The notes beneath the pieces are model-generated. The model worked only from the letters and a program-made list of their open reading frames with translations, did not search any database and was not told where the DNA came from. From Octopus vulgaris (lineage: Eukaryota): a stretch of 64,000 bases of DNA. A program made the translations under genes and the position numbers. Below, one piece after another: positions 10,010-24,867 of this stretch. Position 1 is the first letter of the stretch; each line of letters opens with the position of its first letter. The DNA lies in assembly GCA_951406725.2 (NCBI GenBank), contig OX597828.1, positions 17,918,001 to 17,982,000 of the forward strand. Reading direction: 5' to 3'.

Positions 10010-12844
10010 ACATATACATGCATACATAAAAGTATACATATATTCACACATATGTAAATATGCTTGTTTACCCACATCCTTATTCCCCAACACGTTAACC
10101 TACCAAAACACCACACGCACATATTCACACCTTTAGAAGCCCTCATGCACGTACACACACACACACACAGACACACACAAATACGTTCGTATATATTAAT
10201 GTATTTACATACTGGAATGCTAACATTTCCATTGTTTTAATTTGTATCATTTTGTTTGCTACCATTGGTCACTAATTCCTTCCAGCCATATCCTATAAAC
10301 ACTCCTGAACTTACAATGAACACCACAGAAGAATGTTCAAATCTACATTATGCTTAACTGTGTGCTGATAAGAGGGTTTTACGTCCTTTTTCGTCATCCT
10401 GTGTTTTTTCTCCATTTCTGATCCCACCTTTCTTCCGAATTAACTTATAGAACAATCAACTTCGGTTTTATTTTGTACTTTTAATAAATTCGTTTTGTTG
10501 TTCTTTTTGCTGCTGCTGCTATAGTCATGTTTTGTATATTTTACCTAGTTCTGCTCTAGTTTCTTCATTTTTGTACATCGGCCAGTGGAGATCTTTTCAT
10601 ATTTAACTCTTGTTGAATACACCGTTTCCCCTTTTCTTTCAGTTTCTCCTTGTACACTTTATCACTGATTTTCGAAACAACTAACATTCTATGATGAGAA
10701 GATACCACATTCGATGAATTTCCTCCAGAAGTAATTTATTTCATGTTCAATAAAATGTTTCACTTCGCAATATAATGTTTAATTTATATGTCATAAGTTG
10801 TGTCATACTGATGATCGCTAAAAAGAACGAAATAGTTCTGTACTTTAACTATTTCTCTAATTTCTAGTTCAAATTCTAATACTACCTTAAGTTGTGAAGA
10901 GACGGTTTTCTTGATTGTAATCACGGCCATTACATGAGGAAATTATTCGTTATTGTTTTGTTATTTCTTTGAAGTTGTTACCACATGAGGCAGCTTCATA
11001 CAGCACTGACAAGCGTGTCTAGTAACGTTTTAAAATTAAAATGAATAGACCGAACAAGCAGACAGAATGAGGGATGAACTTTTTGTGGTCGGATCATTCA
11101 ATGAGATTACCTGTGTGTCTAGTAGCTGTGCTGTTCCTGTTGCCTTTCTGTAAATTTCAAATTAAGTTGTGTCTCTTAAAATGAAGGTTACCATATGTAA
11201 AGCAGTATATATTGCAGGTGTGGTACCACTCGTGTTAATAAACTGTGATGCGATAGACTAGTATCTGGAGCAACTATTACGGTTGAAGTTGTGTTTCACA
11301 TGTGGTGGGATAATAATGTTTCTAGGTGCACAGAGTTTGACAAAAGTCAAAACTACTTAATTGCAAGATTAAAACAAAAAATTATTTCATATGCGACTTC
11401 GGTAATAAATAGACAAATGTTGGGAGAAAAAACGGTGATTTTAACTCACAGCATTCAGTTATTAAGCATTCATAATTTGAATGAATTAATAAAATTGAAT
11501 ATTAAGTATTTATGAAATTTTAAATTCCTGTCGGGTGATATTTGGCCAACTATGTATGTAATAAGTGGATCCTTTTGAATAGGCGAGTTGCTTAGTGGTT
11601 TCTGTGTTGCAGTCATGGTCAGAAGATTGTGGTTTGGATTCCAGAACTGGGAAATGCCTTCTGCTCTTGAGCAAAGCATTTCATTTCATGGTACCCCAGT
11701 TCGTTCAGGTGGCGAAATAGATTAATCCTGAGACTGACCGGCGTTCCTCCACAGTAGGGCCAGTATATATGCAAATAGATCCAGGAAATTGGCCTTACAA
11801 GCCTATGACACGGAAAGAAACTCTGATCCTTTTTTTCTGTTTAGAATCCTTTTAAAGGCAATAAGGCTATAGCGGCATTGAGAAATGGTTTCATAGTCTC
11901 TGTCCCTGGTATCCATATTGGTTTGTCGTGAGCTACTAGGAGCTACGAAGCTTAGAAATAATGACTTTAATTCAAATCCAAACAAATTTGGGGGTAACAG
12001 TTTTATGCATGATGCATACGGCTGGAATGTCTGTGTAAAATAATATGTCACATCAACGGAATGGAAGCCAACGTTGACATTGCTGCGGGTGATGGCCACA
12101 TACTTTAGATATACACGTTGTAGATCTATTCTCGGCACAAGAGATGTTCATAAAATTATAATATTTGAGACACTTAGAAATAACATTGTTAACTAAATCA
12201 AATTAAATCGAAATATTTCAGACATTTAAATGTTATTAATTGACAAAGTAAAATACATTTTAACAGAGAATCAATTATGTTACGAGCGGTTGGCAGTTTT
12301 GCAAAATTTGCATACCAGACATGTCAATGGTAGTAACACTATTTTCCATAAATTTTTCGAGAGCAAAGAGCACGTTGGTGAGGGACGTTAGTGAAAGTTT
12401 CCATTAACTTTGAATTTATGAATCTCGTATAATTGTTCATAAAGGAAGGTAAAATTAGTCAACGTGACGAAGGTTCTTGTTCTTATTAGCTGTGCCCATC
12501 ATACAGTTGTTAATCAACTTGCTCTTATGCAGCAACTAACATGAGGTTAAAAACTATCAAAGACTTAAATACGCTAGGATTGTTATGTTGCTGTCTAATA
12601 GAGTTAACGGGGGATAATCTGTATCTTTCACCTATTCGTTTTAGTTAATGGACTGTGGCCATGCTGGGGTAAGAGTTTGAAGTTTTAAGTCGAGCAAATA
12701 GGCCCCAGTATTTATTGTTTTCCTTTTTAAACCTGCTACTTATTCTCTCGGTGTCTTTTGACGAACTTCTAAGTTATGGAGATGTACACATACAAAGATT
12801 AATTTTTCAAATGTTAGGTCATCTGGTACAAGCACCAAGCCCTG

Positions 12845-12886
<42 letters not shown>

Positions 12887-12889
12887 GTA

Positions 12890-13092
12890 AATGTTAAACA
12901 GTGAGAATGAGTGGTCAACACCGCACTGGTGGATAAAATTACTTTATTCGTGTACTAAGGCTACCATTGGTTTTATGAGAAGAAAATATGAAAAATGGAG
13001 ACGTGTATCATTCCTCGGGATCGGCTTGAAAAATTGTTAAGACATTAAGATATGTTTCATAACATGAAACCAATGGTAGCCTTAATACATAA
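12890..13092. mobile_element. Penelope-like terminal fragment with inverted partial duplication and decayed hammerhead (13023-13081, +)
   Basis: GGC-TTGAAAAA-helix II-GAAA-CCAATGG-TA-GCC. 12956-12977 is an inverted copy of 13063-13084, and the fragment is flanked by (TA)n. Confidence 0.55.
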
Positions 13093-13131
13093 ATGTACCT
13101 ACATATATATATATATATACATATGTACATA

Positions 13132-13204
<73 letters not shown>

Positions 13205-13239
13205 GTATGTATATATATATATATATATATGTATATGTT

Positions 13240-13310
<71 letters not shown>

Positions 13311-13586
13311 TGGGTTTCTATACAATATTCGACTACCCTATTCGTGAGGAAGGCGTTAATTTGCTCCGTTATATCGAAATATGATAGAACATATTAAAAC
13401 AATGAGCAGTGTTGTGGGGTCGAACACAAAAATCGTTGCAAAGCCAGCTTCTTGAACTTACAAGCCATGTCTGCGCTGATAATGCTATTATTTAATTACC
13501 ATTCATTTTGAAATTATGGCTCCTAATTCCATTCTAGTAATGGGCCATCCATCCATCCATCCATCTATCTATCTATCTATCTATCC

Positions 13587-13674
<88 letters not shown>

Positions 13675-13685
13675 ATCTATCTATA

Positions 13686-13773
<88 letters not shown>

Positions 13774-13799
13774 TTGCTCACCTTGCACAAATAAATACA

Positions 13800-13966
13800 A
13801 AAGATGCCCGTTGTGTTTGATCTCAGGCCACCGATGATCGGGTAAGAATTCTAGCTCAAAACCATTTCATCTTTGTTCCTTTTTTCCCTTTTCCTTACAG
13901 AGTTCATCCAAGACCACTGCTAGATAATCTCCTCTTAAAACTTAGTCCTGCTGTTAGCGCTGCTGC

Positions 13967-14012
<46 letters not shown>

Positions 14013-14945
14013 GATGCTGTTGTTGCTGTTTAGCCCCAGAACAGCACTGCTCGAGAAAGCTTTCTAGTTAAAACCGGACATCATAGTTTTCTTTTTCTTT
14101 ATTTCAGGTCACTTGAAAGAGTCCATCCAGGGCCACTTCCAAATAATATCTTTTTTAAAACTCAGTACCGTCTCCGATACTGCAGTTCTTGTTGTTTAGC
14201 CCCAGGAGGGCACTAATCAAGCCAAAAAAAACCTAATCAAGTCATTGTTGTTCTTTTTTCTTGTTTTACCATTTTTTTTCTGGCGGAATCCATCAAGGCC
14301 TGTTACTGCTGCTGTGGCTGTTAGTATTGTTTAGCCCCAGGCCAATGTTTATCGAGTAGGCTTACATATTGAAAACATTTCTGTCTCAACAATCCCGGCA
14401 TTTTTTTACAAGTACAGTCCATCCAGGACCAATTCCAATAAATCCCTTTTTAAAACGTCATACGCTTGTCGACACTATTGTTGTTGCTGCTGTTGCAGTT
14501 GTTGTTGTTGCCGTTGTTGTTGTTGTTGTTGAGCCCCAGGCCAGCGCTGATGAGTAAGCTTTCACTTAAAAGCATTCCAATTGAAACCATCACGTTGTTA
14601 CTTGTTTGTTTTAGCTTTTATTTTTTCCAAACACAGATCATCCAAGCCCGATTCCTGTTAATCCCCCTTTTAAAACGTAATATTATTTTTGTTGCTATAG
14701 TTACTATTTTCGCTATAGATATTGTTGCTATTTAGCCCCAGGCCAGAGCTGATCACGCGAGCTTACGCTTAAAAGCATTCCAGTAAAAAAAAAAAAAAAT
14801 TATTTTTATTATTTCGATTTTATTTTTTCGGGCACTATTCATCTGGCATTACTTCCAAATAATGTTTTTTTTTTAAACGGCAAGATGTGATTTGAATGCC
14901 ACATTACTGCTATTTCTAGTACACAGAACGGTTGCGGAGAGGTCC
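13800..14945 (-). repeat. Head-to-tail array of about six diverged copies of SINE-like family C 3' end, separated by (GTT)n tails
   Basis: Recurrent TTTAGCCCCAGG..AAAGCATTCCA..CATCCAGG at about 14030, 14196, 14330, 14531 and 14731. Dispersed opposite-strand homologues occur at 18540-18750, 20505-20720, 23235-23415 and 42690-42770. Confidence 0.7.
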
Positions 14946-16002
14946 TTGCATGAAACATGCTTATGAAGTGTAGTGTATGCTGCCTAGGTGTACGTACAAG
15001 TCAATTTTCCAAGCTGATAACCTTGCATAGCATTCGAGAGCAACTAAACAGGGAAGATATATATTTTTCCATTTCCTACCTCCCGCTTCCCAAATAAATT
15101 TGTTGTTTGATTAAAAATGTTACAAATATATCTCTAATAATAAACTTGCTATTTAAAGGCAAACTTTTATTAATTCATTTCTAAAACTCGCTTTTCGTTT
15201 TAACCCTCAAGGGCATTACAATTTGGCATCGATTACTGGCCGACAGAGAAACGAGACGCGGTAGTAGCCAATTGTTGAACGAACTATTGTTAATGGTTCT
15301 TCAATATCAAAGTAGATTAGAAATAACAACAGCAACAACAACAACAACAACAATTACAGCAGCAGCAACAACAACAGTTAAATATACTACAGCAGTAAGA
15401 ATGGTAGTAACAACATCGATGATGACAACAACAAAATCAATAAACGTATTTTTAAAGTGGAACATTCCAAATATGCTCCAGTTAATCAAATCAAACGGTT
15501 TATATTTAAACTCAATTGAATAAGGTCTCTTTTATGATCTCTTATATAATATATCTAGATATGTGTGCAGCATGGATAACCACCGTATATGTTCGCTATT
15601 TAACTCAGATAGAACACAATCTCAAAATTCATTCGCTCATTAGAAAAGTGAGTGCAATTTTCGCTGTACTATTTTTATTAGATCTAAACGCCTTCATTTA
15701 TTATCTTTTTATGTCTTATATCTAAGAATACAGAAGAATTTTGTTGGAATTGTACACGATACTGATTTATAGCAAGCTTCGTGGTTTATTGATCCACTTA
15801 AGCGGTATCTATTCCATCCACTTATAAACGCGCAGTTTGTCACTCTTCATGTTGCCAACGGTAGATGTGTACGCGGCGTTTCTATACGGATGTGGAAGTC
15901 TATGTGAAGGCATGTCACATAGACGCGCACACATATACATGCACACACATACATACACACTTGCATGAGCAAAACTGGCCATTAACTCATATACCCGTGT
16001 GA

Positions 16003-16050
<48 letters not shown>

Positions 16051-16145
16051 CATATATATATATGTACATATATATACACACATCAATAAACACACAATAT
16101 ACAATTTATATATGCTTGCATACATATATGCATAAACACCCACTT

Positions 16146-16184
<39 letters not shown>

Positions 16185-16233
16185 CATATGTATGTGTGTA
16201 TATATAGACATGCAGATATATGTATATATATGC

Positions 16234-16275
<42 letters not shown>

Positions 16276-16345
16276 ATATGCACATATATACACATATATG
16301 TAAATACATATGCATATATATAAACATATATTATACACACACACA

Positions 16346-16410
<65 letters not shown>

Positions 16411-17410
16411 CTTTATATATACACATATATTCACACATCTATAAACAAATATATAATTTATACCTGCATGCATACATATATGCATACACACATATATATA
16501 TATATATATGAGTGTGTGTGTGTGCATAGATGTACAGAAGCACATGTGCCCACACATGTATACACACACAGGAACATGTAGGCAAGTATATGAGTAAATA
16601 AGCTTGAGGGTGCATGTATCCATGTATGGATATACAATGTGCATCATTTGTAGCGCTACCCTTGCATTTAAAATTACATTACGTGTTATACATGTCACTC
16701 TACATGCAAGCACTTCTACGTTTGTGTGTCCGTGCGTGTCCACTCGCGCGTGTATGTGCGTGTGTGAAAGAGAGAGAGAGAGAGAGAGAGAGAGCGATAG
16801 AGAGAGACAGACAGAGGGAGAAGGGCAAGGAAAGAGCGCAACAGTGACAGAGGGAGATAGTATGGATTTGTGTGAAGGTGTATTTACCGCAGTGAATTTA
16901 TTAGAAACGGTGCTTCAATAATTCCATTCTGCGCTATATTTGTAACCTATTTCTGGCCAAGCATTTCTCAATTACAGAGAGGATATAAACAGACTAATTA
17001 ATTACCAATTAAACTTAGAATTATTGATACTTAAATAACGATAGAATAAATCACGGTGAGACACGTTACATCATTTAACAATACTTTGGTCATTACTGTA
17101 GTAAGGTTTGACTATCATTTTTTTTTTTTTTTTTCTTTCTTTCTTTTCTTCTTTCTTTTGACAAAGGGTTCCACCTATGATAATTAGAATCCATTGGTTT
17201 CTCGCGGTTTCTGTCTGTTGTAAACTCTGAAATTGTGATTGAGAATTTTTATTTTATAACATTGATCAAAATCCAAGCGAATGTTATAAGCGGCATTAAT
17301 AGGAAATCGCTTTTGATCGATAATGCTGGTTAATATTCAGTCAATAATGGTTAACATTCTCATCCAAGAGAACTGATTGCAACAAGGGTGATGTTCCTCC
17401 ATTCGTTCAA

Positions 17411-17442
<32 letters not shown>

Positions 17443-17526
17443 CTCTGTTTCACTTTCTCTTCTCTTTGCCTCACTCTCTCATTAGATAGACATGGATATA
17501 TATGAGTATGTATGTTTATATGTATG

Positions 17527-17579
<53 letters not shown>

Positions 17580-17629
17580 ATTTGTTTTTGATTTTGTTTA
17601 ATGTGAAATTGTAATAGAGACGCTAGCAA

Positions 17630-17730
17630 AGGAGGAGGAGGAGGAGGAGGAGGAAGAAGAAGAAGAAGAAGAAGAAGAAGAAGAAGAAGAAGAAGAAGAA
17701 GAAGAAGAAGAAGAAGAAGAAGAAGAAGAA
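17630..17730. repeat. (GGA)n(GAA)n microsatellite
   Basis: Direct reading. Confidence 0.95.
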
Positions 17731-19167
17731 AAAGAATTGAAAACACTTGAAGAATTGTCCTCCTATCAGGAACAAAGAAGACGCCAACCATGCAGAACGT
17801 ATTCCACTCCAAGAGGCACTTATGTATGAATGTATGAATTTGAACTCATCAATTCCAGGCTTTCGAAATCTTCATTAATTAAAACGATCCTCTTGAAACT
17901 TAAAGTGATAAATTCTCCCAACCATGGATCATATTTCTAGACAAAAGTTCCGAGCTCCTTCAGAGCTAAGTGACTTGGCCTCTAGAATAAAATCTACTTT
18001 CTGCTTCTGTGATAGGCTATGAACAGTTCGTCACCCTGTTAGTAGCAGATTTACATTCTAAATTCGCTACAATATATTTGAGTCCAAATTAACTTGACTG
18101 TCTGATCTTGTACGGATTGCCACGTTTTAGAGGTATGGTGCTTTTACTCATCTCTAATTGCTCAATGCAATATAGTGACTGAGAAACAAATCGATGATCA
18201 AAATCAGTGCTATTAAAGATCGAAGCTAGTTTATTGCAAGAGTAACTGAACTGTGTGATGAAACCCAATGAATAACACGTATTTTACACTTACTTATAAT
18301 CGAGGGATTACAGATGGCAAGGAAAGATTGTTTATGGGGCGAGATGAGCCAGCGACACTTTTTGCCGGTAACAGAACCATACTGGTGCAACGCGCTGTAG
18401 CGATCAGGTATAGATGAAGCTTGATAGCTCATAGTTAAGTATTCTATGTCAAGGACTTGAAAATCTAACGTAGTCGTTCATTCACAAAACATCCACTTCA
18501 CAGCTGGCTAAATTAGTTGTTCATCTGACTGACACGGCCACCCACGATTTGAACTAAAGGCATCTGTGTCTAATGACTGGCTATTCATCTAAATGTCCTT
18601 CAAAACACCGCATAAAAACAAATACTTCATTGGATAAAACAGTCCGGTATTATAGTCTCCCTAGAGACGTGATGGACATCAACGGGAAGTTTTGGATCAT
18701 AGATCTGGTTAATTAGAAATCGACTCATCTTGGGGCTAAACTACAAACACATCGGCAGCAATGTGGATCAGCTATAGAGAAATTCTGACATATCTGTATA
18801 AATTGGAAAAAATACTTGTCCAGATGACATTAATTCCATCTAATAGAAAAATATCGACGCAGATGTTTGCATTAAAACAAGGATATAATGATGCATCACT
18901 ATCTGCTAATTAATCTCTACGTCTCGGAAAACGAGGATAGAAAACTAATTATATTCGGCGCATCAATGTAAATAAGTTTTAACATTTTATGATAATCTAC
19001 ACGTCTAGCAATATCATTTAGAAGTAGAATCATACATTCGGAATAAAGCTAACAGTTAGACATAAACAATATTCTAGTTTAATGTATTATTACTAAATAC
19101 ATAAAGGATATTATAATTACTAACAGTAGTTCTTGTATGTATTAATTATCATTGCTAGAGAACTAAA

Positions 19168-19375
19168 GACGGTGAGCTAATAAAATCGTTAGCACGCCAG
19201 AAGAAAAGTTTAGCGCCATTCTTTCCTACTTGTTAAGTTCAAATTCCAGCGCGGTCTATTTTGCCTTTCATCCTTTCGGGAACAATGGAATATGTGCCAG
19301 GTGAGCACTGGGATTGATGTAATCGACCAATCTCCTCCCCACAATTCAGGCCTTGTGTCTATAGCAGACAGAATT
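19168..19375 (+). mobile_element. SINE family B, older diverged copy with CAGGCCTTGTG tail
   Basis: GGTGAGCT..GTTAGCACGCC..GTTCAAATTCC..TTTGCCTTTCATCCTTTCGGG. Confidence 0.75.
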
Positions 19376-19403
19376 ATAACTGGGGAACTGAAAACGGTGA
19401 ACT

Positions 19404-19580
19404 GGCGTAGGAGTGGCTGTGTGGTAAGTAGCTTGCTTACCAGTCACATAGTTCCGAGTTCAGTGCTACTGCGTGGCATCTTGGGCAAGTGTCTTCTACT
19501 ATAGCCTCGGGCCAACCAAAGCCTTGTGAGTGGATTTGGTAGGCGGAAACTGAAAGAAGCCCGTCGTATATATATATATG

Positions 19581-19646
<66 letters not shown>

Positions 19647-19851
19647 CACGTTCGTGTGTCTGTGTTAGTCCCCCAACATCGCTTGACAACCGATGCTGGT
19701 GTGTTTACGTCCCCGTAATATAGCGGTTCGGCAAAAGAGACCGATAGAATAAGTACAAGGCTTACAAAGAATAAGTCCTGGGGTCGATTTGCTCGACTAA
19801 GGCAGTGCTCCAGCATGGCCGCAGTCAAAAGACTGAAACAAGTAAAAGAAT
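19404..19851 (+). mobile_element. SINE family A, full length
   Basis: A-box-like TGGCTGTGTGG, B-box-like AGTTCAGTGC (GGTTCAGTCCC in the 43229-43652 copy), CORE-like CTTGGGCAAGT, internal (TA)n(TG)n, and 3' GACTGAAACAAGTAAAAGA. Confidence 0.9.
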
Positions 19852-21107
19852 ACTGAAGCTTGGTTACGTTCTGACACTCAATTTTCTCCTGGGCAACACA
19901 TAAAACCGTATTTGCTGATGTGGCTTCAGCTATGGTTTTAAGAAGATTTGACGAAGTATGACATTACATTATTCTTAAGTTACCACTTCTACCTAATCCG
20001 CTTGGGTCCAGGGAATTAGTACCTTTAGAAGGAGTTTAGTTATGGGTCCAATAGTTGATGATATTGCGGCTGGGGTAGAGAAGAAATGAAAGAACGCTAG
20101 CTCCTAGAATTATACCTGACAATAATGTGATATGAACAAGCATCCCCGAGGAATGAAGAGGCTCTGAGTTTCATTGCTAAGACCGGTAGGACAGGAGACT
20201 AGCAGGTTGAAGCCACCTCTGTATTTTTCCAGGAAAAATCATGAAACTTCAGCCTTTGACAAGGGGCCTGCTATCACCAATCTATGTAGACAATGCACGC
20301 AAAGACATATAGACTGAACCTTTTTCCGCAATTTTAATCCTTTTAAGAACGATGTCAATTATATTCCATAGTTATGTTTGTTTAAAGCGAAATACTCGAA
20401 CTTGTTGCATTATAATACAACAATGATTATCTCTCCGACTTCGTCTCCTAGTTAAGCGTAACATTCAAACGTATGTCCTAACAACCCGAATAATACAATA
20501 GATACTGAGGGTCAATGAAGTAACCTCTAAGCGATCACGGGAATTGCAAGAAATAGCAGCTAAGTCTGTCTCCATCAAATCACATCCAACCGCATTGTAG
20601 CAATAAAAAGTATAGGAAAGAAAAGAGTACACATGAAATAACTTATTCGTACATGATGGAATGTCACGGCTGGATTATGTTCAATCATAATTCGATTCAA
20701 TCAGAGTTTCAGCCTAAATTCAAAGTACCATGATCGTTGAAATACATTCAGAGAGAAGGTGTGTTTGACGAGTGTTTGTCCAGTGTTTGTGTAATGTATG
20801 TCTTTCGGAATGTCAAAGATTAGGTTGAGCTAATATTATAATTGAGAGAAGTTGCATATGTATCCGTGGCTCAGTCGATAACAACGTTAACTTTTTAAAA
20901 CTAATTTATTAACCTTATGTTCTTGGTTCGAACCGTGTTATGTACTAAGGTAGATTAAGTGAAGAAGACCGGTCGACAAACTAGTCAGGATGTAGTGTTT
21001 GAAACATCTATCAAAGCTGTCTTATCACGATGTTAAGTTTTGAAGAATTACAATCTCATAAACAACGACTCCCGGGAGAGAAAACGCAGAAGATATGCAG
21101 TAATATG

Positions 21108-21310
21108 TATGAAAACGTACTGGAAACTTTCTGGTTTTAGGTAAAAGAAAATACAGGTGGGACAGCTAATTATGATTTTATTCAACATTTTCCTCTCTCA
21201 GGTTCACACACCTATTGTAGCGGTCCTTCAGTTTTCTAAGCCTTGTATGAGAACTCGGAAACCCTTTCACGATCCCCTTAAAGCCAGGCACTTTTCAGTA
21301 GCCCTTCGTA
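21108..21310. mobile_element. Mariner-derived MITE, about 200 bp
   Basis: Imperfect terminal inverted repeats GTACTGGAAACTTTCTGGTTTT / AAAGCCAGGCACTTTTCAGTAG, ending in TA. Confidence 0.55.
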
Positions 21311-21325
21311 TATATATATATATAA

Positions 21326-21505
21326 AGGGGAAGAGTTCACGAAAAAAAAACAAAAGACGAAGACAGGTGGTGTACAAAACAAACAGATGTATTAGTATAA
21401 CGCTCAGGAATTGAAAAAGTCTTTTACGTTTCGAGCCTATGCTCTTCTACAGAAAGGTACACAGTAAAAACAAGGAGAGAAACAAGGAGAGAAAAAAAGT
21501 GTGTG
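21326..21505 (-). mobile_element. Diverged member of the hammerhead-bearing family (motif at 21421-21456)
   Basis: Minus strand reads CTTT-CTGTAGA-A-GAGC(ATAG)GCTC-GAAA-CG-TA-AAAG then TTCCTGAGCGT, flanked by TA repeats. Confidence 0.65.
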
Positions 21506-22584
21506 TATATATATGATTTTATAATTAATAAATAATTATAATAGAGCGTATACGATATACCAGCTTCATAGAAATAAGAGCTAAAATACTCAAACAAGCC
21601 ACTAAATATGAACCTACAACATTGCATGTACCTCTGTCCAACTCACTACATTGCCAGCCCTGACCCCGGCGAGAAGGCCTGTGAGAAGTGAATCAAAAAG
21701 AAGCAAGCATTATGGCTAATGGTGGTGCTCCAGCATGGCCAACCTCTCCGACTGAAAGCAATTATAGAATAACAGAATGTATTTCATTTCCGTCATTTTA
21801 GAACAGGCCTTGTTTTCTTTTTCGTAGACATTATACTAATGCAATGAGCTTCCACTCTCCACTCTCTCTTGCTCTGCTGATGACTAAATGCAAGCTATAA
21901 ACTAGCTGAACGTTTGCATCAAACAGTATACTTTAAAATTATTGTAATATGAAGATGAAGTTAATAGTCCGAAAAATTATAATCGTATATTTCCTTCTGT
22001 AGAGCAGACAACGAAATATTTACACTCAACGACCATAACATTATGTATTATGTTTCAGGGGGTACTTATAAAGTCATTTGTTGTTTCCCTGTAATGTCGT
22101 GATATGAATTATACACAAATTGGCCAATTATATATCCATGCTTATGTGTGTGCTCGCGGTCGAGCGTGTGTGCGTGTGTGTGAGTATGTATGTACATGTA
22201 TGTATTACAATTCTGGAATAAATAACAAGTCTACGATGCAAAAAAAAAAAAAAAACTAAGATGAAAGCATTTGAAAATGGTGAATGTATATTTATTTATA
22301 TAATTTATTAGAATACAATTTTACAAGTGAATCATTATACTCGTGTTTTTCAAAGGTCTACAAATGTACTGAAATACTTAAACACTTTCATAGCTTTAAG
22401 ATATATGTCTGCATATATGTGTATAATGTATATATACATATATATATATATACATATACGTATGCAATGCAAGTATGTATTTTATGTAGGCGTGTATATA
22501 TATATATATTAAATTATTATTAGATTTTTCATTTTTGTCTATGTTTGTTTTATATGTTTATTTTTTTTTAACCACTGATCTTCA

Positions 22585-22705
22585 TACAGGGGCCTTACGT
22601 TACAAGGATGTTTGCAAAAGGGACATGAAGGCCTGCAACATCAATATTAGCAATTGGGAAGCAGTTGCCAGTAACCGTGGAGATTGGCGACGTACCGGTA
22701 TGAAA
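22585..22705 (+). mobile_element. RTE LINE C-terminal fragment
   Basis: LRYKDVCKRDMKACNINISNWEAVASNRGDWRR, typical of the RTE ORF end. Confidence 0.8.
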
Positions 22706-24050
22706 CTGGTGGTTCTAGAATGACGAGCCTTCAAGTAGAGATTTGATCTCACGTTGGCGCTGTCCTCTTTCCCTTGTTTACTCGCGCAGATTCAAATTAG
22801 TTTTCTCATTAACAATTACCAAGTCTTGGAAAGCGACTTGGAATCGTAATACTTCGAATACCCTTCAAGAGTCACCTGAAAAGACACAAAAGAAAGATAT
22901 CAATCCATGTCAAATTAAAAATAAGTAACACAATTCTACCCCTGATTTCAAGCCCTTATATTTCATCCCCACCCCGCTAGTGCCCTGTATTCACTATCAT
23001 CCCTTCGCCTCCCGTGTATGTTCTTTCCCTTCCTTCCTTCCTTCAGCCTCTCCTCCCATTCGTACTTCCCGAACCCATTGATAAACATTCTGTGTCGTTC
23101 CCATAATGATGAGGTATATGAACCTCAACAGAATAAAGCAAAATAAAGACAAATGTTTACTTCGTTATTACTTTTACATTGTAAAACTTATAACTAATTT
23201 AATCCTTTACATCGTCTATGTAATAGTCTTCCCAGCAAGAAATAGCAGGCAAATCGTTATAATGATACAACAATAGGAAAAAAAAACTTTACCATCTTAA
23301 ATGAAAAAAGTTATCCGGGATATAAACTGAATAAAAGGTGAAATGGTCACGGTTCGGAAGCCGTTAATCACAGACCTGTTTAATGAAGGCTAAACTAAGT
23401 CTAAGCAACAGAAACTACAATGTTTATTGTCCCCGTGATTATCTCTGAAATTGTCGCGTCGTACAAAATCGGATATTTCCGCATAATGGCCAACTCAATC
23501 TTTATTTTCAACTCTTAGTATAATGATACACTTGAGTGTTAAGAGTGTATTGCTGGAGGGGGAAAAAAGATATTGTCATTTTCCTACCCATAATTCTCTT
23601 GTCGGTATTCAATAAAAAAAAAAAAGAATCGACTTAATGGACACAGGATGTAATTCAGAGATCGAAAATAGAGATTATCTTTGCTATCGATTATAAATAT
23701 CACATCAAGCCACACGCTGTTTCTTTTGTCTCGGAGTAAAATAATTTACGAAATAAACACTTTCGAACAATGTTCCAGAAATTCTATCTGAAAGATAACA
23801 ATACCAATATGGTAGGTGTGAGCAATATAAGTCTGATTCCTGCTTGTAGATGTTTTACCAGTTTCTCTGTCAAAAACAACAAAAACGAAAACAAAAATGT
23901 GTAGCATCTTGAGTATAGATACGTTATATAGATGTTACCGATCAGTGACATATACATAGATATACATATATATTTGTGAGTATGTTTTCGTCTGTGAGTG
24001 TCTATGCGTGTGTATTTGTCCATAAGCATATATATACATATATGTATATA

Positions 24051-24660
<610 letters not shown>

Positions 24661-24808
24661 ATATTTATATATATATTTATATATATATTTATATATATAT
24701 TTATATATATATATTTATACTGAGAAGCTCCTATAAAATAAATTAATTTACTCTGCTATGTATTGAGAACCTTATTTACTGTGGTTAACCCCGACTCAAC
24801 CCGGGACC

Positions 24809-24867
<59 letters not shown>

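Noticed and set aside
14545-14580. CTGATGAG as a hammerhead core
   Set aside because: It is a variant of the family C motif CTGATCGAG, with no GAAA, helix III or helix I.
17730-18480. Possible host exon or LINE endonuclease remnant
   Set aside because: There are multiple stops in all frames and only a weak DHRFV-like motif, which is not supportable.
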